Shown here piece after piece: positions 50,043-59,240 of a stretch of DNA of 64,000 nt (positions are counted from its first letter, which is position 1; each line of letters begins with the position of its first letter). Source of the stretch: Macrostomum lignano. Its lineage: Eukaryota. The stretch lies in assembly GCA_002269645.1 (NCBI GenBank), contig NIVC01002325.1:62001-126000 (forward strand), in the 5' to 3' direction. The position numbers and the translations under genes are program-made. Under the pieces are notes generated by a model that saw only the letters and a program-made list of their open reading frames with translations, searched no databases and was not told where the DNA came from.

Positions 50043-50289
50043 TGGAATGAGTTTGAAACGAGTCTTGGGCGCTTCTTAGCCTTGGCACCGTTTTTATCGG
50101 GACTTGCTTCTGTCCAGCTGCTTACCCGTTTTAATTGAACAGTACTTTTGCTAAATAAACAGTTTGCCAATGCGCACTGCCGTATGGTTGTTGATTTTGA
50201 CCTGTCGTGCGGTTTCAAGCGGCTTCTTGTTTATCATTTACGAGTATGAACTTCCATGCCAGAAATATTCAGCTGCTTCCGCTTCGTTC

Positions 50290-51477
50290 ATGCCACCGCA
50301 GGGAGGTTCCGTCATGCTTGAGGAGCCTCAGTTCCCCGTCAGGCAGCGCAGCGCGCACAAGAATTTCGGCACCCTGGCGGTGCTCTGCGGCTGCTCGCTG
50401 GCCCTGCTGGAGGTCCTCGCCATCGTCATGCGCTCCGGCTACGCCATCCGCGGCACCGGACTTTGGTGCGGCGCCGTCCTGCTGCTGTCTGGCGGCCTCG
50501 CCGTCTCCGCCGCCACCGCCCGCCACCGGCTGCGCCGGCGCTGCCTGGCGGCCGGACTGGTCGCCGCTGCGGCCCTCCTGGTGACGACGGCTGCGGCCAC
50601 CGCTGAGGCGGCCACTCTGGCCGAAAATCGGCGCCTTTACGAGCGAACTCGCATGCGGATGCGGGAGCAGGTACGACTCGTTTTGTGCCTGTGACCTGCC
50701 GTTTTAACCTGATGTGATCTGCCGCTTGAGCCAGGTGTGATCTGCTTGAGCCAGGTGTGATATGCTTGAGCCAGGTGGGATCTGCTTGAGCCAGGTGTGA
50801 TATGCTTGAGCCAGGTGTGATATGCTTGAGCAGGTGTGATCTGCTGCTTGAGCAGGTGTGATCTGCTTGAGCAGGTGTGATCTGCTTGAGCAGGTGTGAT
50901 CTGCTTGAGCAGGTGTGATCTGCTTGAGCAGGTGTGATCTGCTTGAGCAGGTGTGATCTGCTTGAGCAGGTGTGATCTACTTGAGTCAGGTGTTACATAC
51001 GGCTTAATCCAGATGTGATCTGTCACATGAACCAGGTGTGACCTGCCGCTTGAACCTGGTGTAATCTGCCACGTCTCTTAAGTCGTCACTTAAGAGTTGT
51101 TTGGGTTTGGGTTTTGGCTGTTTGGGTCAAGTGTGATCTGCAGCTTGAAACAAATGTGACCTACCAATCTGGCATGTCTGCAGGCCTATCTGGCGGTGTT
51201 CTACCTGGGCGTGGCCAAGACGGTCGTGGAGTGCCTGTCGCTGCTGCTGTCCACTGCGCAGCTCGTCTGCCTGCTCGGCTTCTACCGGCGGCTCCTCTCT
51301 GAACGGCGGGCTGGCGGCCTCAGCCTGGCGGCCGTCACGGAGGCCTCGGCCGAGCCGCTGTCGCTGCGAATCCCGCAGCCCCGACCGCTGGAGCCGCCGC
51401 CGTACTCGCCTGTTGCCGACCCGCTGGAGCCGCCGCCGCCGCCGCCGCCCTACTCCGAAGTGGCTGATGAAAAATGA
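50290..51477 (+). CDS. Divergent MS4A-like protein; exons 50290-50670 and 51184-51477
   Basis: GLWCGAVLLLSG and AENRRLYE (compare AENRRMYE in the 42025 gene); CAG|GTACG...CTGCAG phase-0 intron; two PPPY motifs. Confidence 0.8.
50725..51060. repeat. Intronic 19/20-bp array
   Basis: Unit GTGTGATCTGCTTGAGC(C)AG. Confidence 0.9.
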
Positions 51478-52074
51478 GAAGCTGTCAGCAAACTGAGCTG
51501 TGTGCATTCGGGCTGCCATTCGGGCTGCATCAGTGATATAAGATAGGCCTACTGTATGAGATATCGCCTACTTATGAGTAGCAAGTCAAGAATATGAAGC
51601 AAATTTCTTTGTGTGTGCAAAAATGTTGCGAGCGTGTGTCCGCGGATTCCAATGGCATTCCAGCTTTAATTAATAATTTCGTGTCCAGCTGTACAAATAT
51701 CGCCTTGCTCGCTTTTTTGTAACTTCACTCCATTTTTACCATTCGCTTCACGCGTCAATTTTAATACCTTTGTTGTTTGTGATTTTCTATGCCAACCGCT
51801 TTTTATCTGGTAAGAGCGAATACCACTAAATTGGCTGTGATTTTTTTTAATTTTATGTCTGTTGCTGTAGGCACTAATTAAACCTGGTCTTCCACGACCT
51901 CACTGGTTGCTAACCGGATGTCTGCTCAGCGCTCAGCGAATCAGTTATAACAAATTTTGAAACTGACAGTAAATTGAAAAATATATATATTTACAGGCTG
52001 TTGCCATTGTGCCCAATAAGACCGCCTTCTCCGCCTCTTTGCTTCAAAACTCGCACCTGATATAGCGTAATTGC

Positions 52075-52372
52075 CTCAGCCACCTCCTGGCCAACTCAGC
52101 CAACCCCTGACCAACTCAGCCATCCCCTGACAACTCAGCCAACCCCTGGCCAACTCAGCCACCCCCTAGCCAACTCAGCCAACCCCTGACCAACTCAGCC
52201 ATCCCCTGACAACTCAGCCAACCCCTGGCCAACTCAGCCACCCCCTAGCCAACTCAGCCAACCCCTGACCAACTCAGCCACCCCCTGACCAACTCAGCCA
52301 CCCCCTGACAAACTCAAGCCATCCCTTGGCCAACTCAGCCACCCCCTGACCAACTCAACCATCCCCTGACCA
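52075..52372. repeat. 20-bp tandem array
   Basis: Unit CAACTCAGCCA(A/C/T)CCCCTGAC. Confidence 0.9.
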
Positions 52373-52399
52373 ACTTATCTACCTGACCATTGCTGCCAG

Positions 52400-54316
52400 A
52401 TGACAACTGAAGGAGACGCGGAGCAGCAGCAGGACGCAGAGGGCAGTGATGACGAGGAGATGCTGGACGACGAGGCAGAAGAGGAGCCGCAGGAGCCGGC
52501 GCGGCCCTACCTGCCGAACAGCGGCGACCCGCAGCCCGGGCCGGACGAGGAGCTGGTGATGGACCGCACGGCCTACAAGCTGTACTACCAGATGAGCGTG
52601 GAGTGGCCCTGCCTGAGCATCGATGTGCTGCCCGACCCGGAGAACGCAGCCAGTGGCGCCGCCTTCGACTTTGACGACGCCGAGCGGTCGCTGAGCTGCT
52701 TCCTGGTGTGCGGCACGCAGGCCCCCGAGGCCGGCCGCAACGCCGTCTGTGTGATGCGCGCCGCCGGCCTGTTCCCCATGCGGCGCCGGCGCGCCGGCGA
52801 GGACGGCGAGGACGGCGAGGACTCCGACTCAGAAGACGACTCGGACGAGGAGGAGGCGGACCGACGCGGCGACGTGTCCGTGGCGCAGCTCCGCCACAAC
52901 CAGACGATCAACCGGATTCGAGCCTCGGACGTTACGGGCCGGCCGCTGGCGGCCACCTGGTCTGAGGCGGGCGCTGTGTACATCTTCGACCTGACCGAGG
53001 CCCTGACCGCCGTGGCCGACCACCACCTGCTGACCGAGTTCACCCGCCGGCCAGAGTCGCCCGCGCCGCTGTTCGCCTTCCGCGGCCACTCGGCCGAGGG
53101 CTTCGGGCTGGACTGGAGCCGCCTGGTGCCCGGCCGCCTGGCCAGCGGCGACTGCGCCGGCGCCATCCACGTCTGGCAGCCGGCCGAGGGCGGCGCCGGC
53201 TGGCGGGTGGACCCGCGGCCGCTGGCCGGCCACAGCGGCTCGGTGGAGGACCTGCAGTGGTCGCCCACCGAGGCCAGCGTGCTGGCCGGCTGCTCCGTCG
53301 ACCGCAGCCTCCGCGTGTTCGACGTGCGCGCCAAGCCCGACAAGGCCTGCATGCTGACCCGGCCGGACTGCCACGGCAGCGACGTGAACGTCATCGCCTG
53401 GAACCGGCTGGAGTCCCAGTACATCGTCAGCGGCGGCGACGACTGCGCTCTGCGCGTCTGGGACCTGCGCCGCTTCGCCAGCGAGGCGCCGCCTGCCTGC
53501 GAACTCAGGTGGGTGCAGCTTGGCTGCTGGAGTGCCCGAATCAGGCAGTGCCTCCCCAACATCAGGCAGTGCCTCCCCAACATCAGGCAGTGCCTCCCTA
53601 ACATCAGGCAGTGCCTCCCCAATATCAGGTAGTGCCTCCCCAATATCAGGTAGTGCCTCCCCAACATCAAGTTGTGCCTCCCCAACATCAGGTAGTGCCT
53701 CCCCAACATCAGGTAGTGCCTCCCCAACATCAGGTAGTGCCTCCCCAACATCAGGCAGTGCCTCCCCAACATCAGGTAGTGCCTCCCCAACATCAGGTAG
53801 TGCCTCCCCAACATCAGGTAGTGCCTCCCCAACATCAGGTAGTGCCTCCCCAGCATCAGGTAGTGCCTCCCCAACATCAGGTAGTGCCTCCCCAACATCA
53901 GGTAGTGCCTCCCCAACATCAGGTAGTGCCTCCCCAGCATCAGGTAGTGCCTCCCCAATGTCAGGTAGTGCCTCCCCAATATCGGGTTGTGCCTTCCCAA
54001 TATCAGGTAATGCTGCTTATCCCTGGCTACCGACATGTACCGCCCCACCCGCAGCTACCACAAGGGCCCGATCACCTCGGTGCAGTGGCACCCCACGGAC
54101 AGCTCGGTGTTCCTGGCCACCTCCGAGGACAACCAGCTGACGCTGTGGGACCTCGCCTGCGAAGGCGTCTCGACAGCCGGCCTGCCGCCGCAGCTGCTGT
54201 TCATCCATATGGGCCAGCAGGAGATGAAGGAGGGCCACTGGCACCCGCAGCTTCCCGGCTTGGTGCTCAGCACCGCGCTGGACGGCCTCAACATCTTCAA
54301 GACCATCAGCATTTAA
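52400..54316 (+). CDS. GRWD1: Glutamate-rich WD repeat protein 1 (yeast RRB1 ortholog), 456 aa; exons 52400-53508 and 54055-54316
   Basis: ELVMDRTAYKLY...WPCLSID, acidic tract, GHSAEGFGLDWS, GHSGSVEDLQWSPTE, DVNVIAWN, C-terminal PPQLLFIHMGQ...HWHPQLPG...FKTISI; phase-2 GT-AG intron restores ELSYHKGP. Confidence 0.95.
53540..54008. repeat. Intronic 21-bp array
   Basis: Unit CCCCAACATCAGGTAGTGCCT. Confidence 0.95.
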
Positions 54317-54587
54317 CTGGCCTTAGTGGGGTGTTCTTATCAGTGCCTGCCCACCTGGAGTAAGCTGTGAATACACTTGACCGCCTCTGGACTGACGCCC
54401 AGCATTTTTCAACTGATTGGAGAATTTCTATTGAAGTTTGCCGCTGCATTTACGGATCTTTGTTAATTTGGCTTTAGGTGGCGATTTCTCTAGTCAGCCG
54501 GGCTCACAGAACTGCCTGGGCCACAAAGATGCTGCTGCTCAATGGTGATGGTCACGGCTCGTGAAATGAGCAAACGACTCATGAATT

Positions 54588-54875
54588 AAGCATCATTCAC
54601 AAATTGAGCATCATTCACAAATTGAGCATCATTCACAAATTGAGCATCATTCACAAACTGAGCTTCATTCACAAATTGAGCATCATTCACAAACTGAGCA
54701 TAATTCACAAACTGAGCATCATTCACAAACTGAGCATCATTCACAAACTGAGCATCATTCACAAACTGAGCTTCATTCACAAATTGAGCATCATTCACAA
54801 ACTGAGCATCTTTCACAAACTGAGAATCATTCACAAATTGAGCACCATTCACAAATTGAGCATCATTCACAAATT
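54588..54875. repeat. 18-bp tandem array
   Basis: Unit AAA(C/T)TGAGCATCATTCAC. Confidence 0.95.
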
Positions 54876-55570
54876 TGGAATAATTCACAAAAAAATTGAT
54901 TGTGGCTCACAACTGCCACCCTGCACGCACAAGCCGACGGTTTTTCGCACTTCATACTGCGAGTGACGCACAATTTACGGCACACCGAAGTGGTTGCGCA
55001 ACCAGTGGGTTGAGTTGGGAGTGAGAAGTGGTCTCTTAACTTATCGCACGATATGCGCGGGTGGCAATTGTGACTGTTGCTAAGCGTAGACCCGTCAAAT
55101 GATAGAGACTAACAATAAATAGACTTACAGAATGCAGAGCAGCGATCGCTAAGCGAGCAGGTGCAACTACACTAGAGTGACCTGCTGTTGAAGTTTCTCG
55201 TAAAAGTTCTTCAATTTGTGATATCAGCGCGATTGCGAGAGTTAAAGGTGTTGGTGGCAATAAGAGTGAAGCCATTCGTTGTTTCTGCTCGGAGTTGCGC
55301 ATTTACAGAAAATATCGAATCAAACAGCAGTTTTAGCGAAATGTTTTTGCAGCATCGATCGAGTCAGCTTGCAATTAAAACGAGGTCGAACACTCGACAC
55401 GCGGGGCCGAAAGCCCGCTATTGTATTTCCGTGCCACTGATTAAAACTTAAAACCAAATTAAAACACAAACTGGCTGTGGCTCCCAGGGGGACTGGCAGC
55501 AAGTGCGTCACGGCTAAATAAGTCTCTTTAAAAATAAAAAAATTGCTGTCAGAATGGCAGATGGTCCGCG

Positions 55571-56420
55571 TCACGGCAGAGCCTGTTTCACCTGGGGGGC
55601 TCCGGAGACGGCCGCCGCATCCGGCTCTTCGTAGCCCGGCGGCTGCTGCGCATAAGAATGCGGCAGCACCTGCTGGAAGCTCGGCAGCTGCTGCTGGAAG
55701 CTCGGGTTGAAGGCCGGCTGAGGCTCGAAGTCGGAGGCGGTCTGCAGGAACACGATTTCGTGCTGCTGCTGCTGCCCGTCTGGGGACACGATGGTGACGA
55801 TCTGAGGGCCCTGCGGCTGCTGCTCGCTGCTGCTGGCGGCTGCGGCGGATGGCACGCAGCAGCAGGAGGCGCGGCAGGCGAAGGCGCTGTGCACGATGGC
55901 CAGGAGGAACTCCGCGGCGAACAGCAGGCAGCAGAGGATGCCCATGGCGTGCGACACCTTGAAGTCGCGCTCGTAGCGGCAGCGGTTCGGCCTGGCCTGG
56001 AAAATCTCCCTGTTGGCTGACGTAACGACGGCCTCCTGAATGAGGGCCGAGGCGCTGAACACGGAGGCCAGGATGCTGAACACCAGGCAGGTGACCACGC
56101 AGCCCATGGTGCAGCGCCGCTTGCTCTTGCCAGCCACCAGGCCGGAGATGCCCGCCGCGATGAAAAACGGCGCTGACCAGACGCCGTTGGCGGTGACTTG
56201 CACTGCGGCGCCAACTCCCGAGACGGCGCCCGCGATGCTGAAAACGATGGCGAGCAACCCGACGCTGAGCTGCAGGGCGCCGAGGACCACGTGGGCGCGG
56301 AGCACCCTGGCGGGCACCCGGCTGGCGTAGGTTGCGGGCTTCTCCAGCTTGGCGGTCAGAGTTATCGTTGCTGGGATGTTGGGGCAGGACGGCCAGGTGG
56401 GCAGCAGTGACGTGTGCCAT
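55571..56420 (-). CDS. MS4A/CD20-like protein in inverted orientation; 5' end unresolved (ATG 56420 is out of frame; possible acceptor CCCAG)
   Basis: [71 protein letters not shown]. Confidence 0.88.
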
Positions 56421-56913
56421 CAATTCCAATTCTATTTTTATTCGCCTCGCAGAGTGAGCGGGGAGTTTGGTGTCTCCCCTTCTCTGATTGGCTGGCCGTG
56501 AGTGTACGGGCGTGTGGGACAAAGCTAGAGGCCAGAGTACATTGGGTTGCTGCGGCACAACTTAACAATAAAAGCTCACATCTACCTGCATGACTACACA
56601 GCCCCAGCTGCACCCCAGCAGTGCAGTTGGGTGTAGCTTATAGATGTGAGGCCCCCCACACCCTGTTTACTCCTGTCTTCACCCCACTACGTGCACTCAC
56701 TCAATTAAAGTCAACTAATTTAATTTGACCTAGCAGTTCGATTCCAACGTGCCTCTCAATGCTAGACGCAAGTCTGCTGGTTTTCAGTCGCCAGCGTGCA
56801 GGAATTGTCAGCAACAATTATCGCCCCTGTGCTCAGCCAGCCAATCAGCGCAGACCTCTGGTGCAATAAAACAAGTGGCGCCAACAGCCCACGAGCCGCC
56901 AGAAAGCACTGAA

Positions 56914-57345
56914 ATGCTGCAAGCCCTCGTCGCTGCCGCCATCGCCCTTCTCTGCCTCGCGGGCCGAGCGGCGGCCGCCGGCATCGAGTGGAATCCCGAG
57001 GGCTGGGCCCGGCGCTGCGACTTCAGCACTGGGGACATCGAAGTCCTTGATGTGTTGCTGATAAATTGTCCTCGGTACTGCGCCCAGAAGAGCGGCTGCA
57101 CCCACTACACCTTCAAGATCAGGAACACAGAGTACGGCAAGCGTTACGGCCGGTGCCATCTCAAAGCGGGCCCCCGCGCCAAGTCTGACGCCATCTTCAC
57201 CAGCCGGGCCTCTGACGTCTGCGGCCTGCTGCCTGGTGCAGCCGAAGTAAGCGAGTGCTCGGCGGTCTCCCAGAACGCCCGGCTGCTCACCATTGTGGCC
57301 TGCGCTGTAGTGGCGAATCCGCTGATGTTGTCCCTGCTGCTCTGA
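56914..57345 (+). CDS. Secreted, probably GPI-anchored PAN/apple-like domain protein, 143 aa
   Basis: Signal peptide; W..RCDF..GDI, C...C....CTHYTF, G.CHLK.G...KSDA, VCG; hydrophobic C-terminus. Confidence 0.8.
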   Translation: MLQALVAAAIALLCLAGRAAAAGIEWNPEGWARRCDFSTGDIEVLDVLLINCPRYCAQKSGCTHYTFKIRNTEYGKRYGRCHLKAGPRAKSDAIFTSRASDVCGLLPGAAEVSECSAVSQNARLLTIVACAVVANPLMLSLLL

Positions 57346-57524
57346 TGCACTGAAATTAGTTTCATGCTGTTTTAAAACTGTTTTATCACGAATAATAAAA
57401 TTAATAAGCTGCTGAGTATTTTTACAACTCGCCTTGTAGCAATAAATTGTCGGCCCTACAAACCTGCGGCAACTGCCTTCTTCAAACTGTTTGCAATTTT
57501 CCTGTACTTTATACTGACAGATCT

Positions 57525-57795
57525 TCAATTCTTTACTGACAGATCCTCAATTCTCTACTGACAGATCTTCAATTCTCTACTGACAGATCCTCGATACTTT
57601 ACTGACAGATCCTCAATTCTCTACTGACAGATCCTCAATTCTCTACTGACAGATCCTCGATACTTTACTGACAGATCCTCAATTCTCTACTGACAGATCC
57701 TCAATTCTCTACTGACAGATCCTCAATTCTTTACTGACAGATCCGCAGTTCTTTACTGACAGATCCTCAATTCTCTACTTACAGATCCTCAATTC
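57525..57795. repeat. 22-bp tandem array
   Basis: Unit TACTGACAGATCCTCAATTCTC. Confidence 0.92.
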
Positions 57796-58284
57796 TTTTC
57801 AGGGGAATCATCACCAGGCTCGGGGTGGGGGGGGGGTTGGCACACCCCCCTGACCCCTGGCTTCACTGGCGCTCGGTTATCTTCAACGAGAGCAAGCGAG
57901 CAGAAGTTCGAAAATAAATTTAGCTGCGGGTGCGGGCGAACTTCTCTTTTCTAACTCAAATACCCTTTTTGTGTACGAGAGACCCGCAGCCGGTCTTTTT
58001 TGGGGCAGAGTTGCAAAGGCAGCTCGAGAATGAGTCAGAGAAACTTGCTTGTGGGTGAGACTCGTTAGAATGTCTCATTGATAATTCTGTATAATGGGTA
58101 AGTCTGTATTCTGTGTTAGAGCGACTTATAAAATGAAGCTTAATGCGGATGGAATTGGTTGATTTAGAAGAATGTACAAAACTATGAAATTAAAAATTCA
58201 CTAAAACATGAGCATGGCGCTTTACATTGAGTTAAAAGTGACAAGATAAACGGGAAATCCCTTGAAAGCGGCAGGCAGCGCGGC

Positions 58285-58947
58285 TCAGTAGTGATAGTCC
58301 AGCGGGTTGCGGTAGCCGTCGCCGTACATCCAGTTGGACGTTCGCTGCAGCCAGTGCTTTCGCCATTCGTATTCTCGCCGCTTGCCCAGCCTCCGCTCCA
58401 ACCCGCTGTCGAAGTAGCTGTACTCGCTGTCTTCGTAAACAGACGAGCTGGAGGTCCTCCTGCGCCTGCCAACCTCGAACAAGTCCACGTCCTTCTGGCG
58501 CAGGCTGAGCTCCTCCTCTCTCTGCTTCTCCTGCAGCTCCTCAGCTTCCAGACAGTCCGCCACCCACAGAGCTTGGTAGGTGCGGCTCTGCTCCCGCAGC
58601 AGAGCGAATTTGATGCCGATGAGGTGCCGCTCGCTGTTGCTCAGCTGCTGGGCTTCCCGCCTCTCCGCTGCGGCTGCCTCCTCTTCCACCGCTTCCTCCT
58701 CCGCGTTGTCGGCGCCGAACTCCTCCAGCTCGTCGTGGCTGGGCAGCCTCGGCAGGCTTTGCTGCGACGCCTCGTCACTGCCGGCGGTTCCGTCCAAGCT
58801 GTCGCGTCGCTGATCGTCGCTGCTGTAGCCGGAGTCGCTGCGAACCAGCCGGAGCTGCCGCAGCATCCTGGCGGTTGAGTCCGACAGCCGCCTCAGCCGA
58901 GAGCTCCGCCTGCCGTTCTCCTGACCTTGCTTCTCATGGCTGGACAT
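58285..58947 (-). CDS. Hypothetical acidic/charged protein, 220 aa, no recognised family
   Basis: ATG-initiated, non-repetitive, GC-rich ORF with E-rich helical segments and a DSGYSS motif. Confidence 0.6.
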   Translation of the reverse strand: MSSHEKQGQENGRRSSRLRRLSDSTARMLRQLRLVRSDSGYSSDDQRRDSLDGTAGSDEASQQSLPRLPSHDELEEFGADNAEEEAVEEEAAAAERREAQQLSNSERHLIGIKFALLREQSRTYQALWVADCLEAEELQEKQREEELSLRQKDVDLFEVGRRRRTSSSSVYEDSEYSYFDSGLERRLGKRREYEWRKHWLQRTSNWMYGDGYRNPLDYHY

Positions 58948-59149
58948 TCCGGATTGCCTGTGCTCTGCTGCCTGCGGTTGGGTGTCTGCTGTCTGCCTGC
59001 GGTTGGGTGTCTGCTGTCTGCCTGCGGTTGGCTGTCTGCTGTCTGCCTGCAGCCGGCATTCATTTTCTTGTTTTTATCGCTTAGCTGTGCGCAAGCGCAC
59101 AAATAGGGAACTTGCCTAACAGACGGCACTATGCTGATGTCAAGTCTAT

Positions 59150-59150
59150 T

Positions 59151-59238
<88 letters not shown>
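59150..59238. repeat. (CT)n microsatellite; a short ~22-bp repeat lies at 58965-59050
   Basis: Direct inspection. Confidence 0.95.

Positions 59239-59240
<2 letters not shown>

Noticed and set aside
52585-54048. 487-aa minus-strand ORF, and 58291-58878 on plus
   Set aside because: Antisense shadows of GC-rich coding sequence plus repeat translation
55398-55425. GCGGG-GCCGAAAG-CCCGC hairpin as a Helitron 3' end
   Set aside because: Followed by TATT rather than a properly spaced CTRR; no 5' TC end or second copy found
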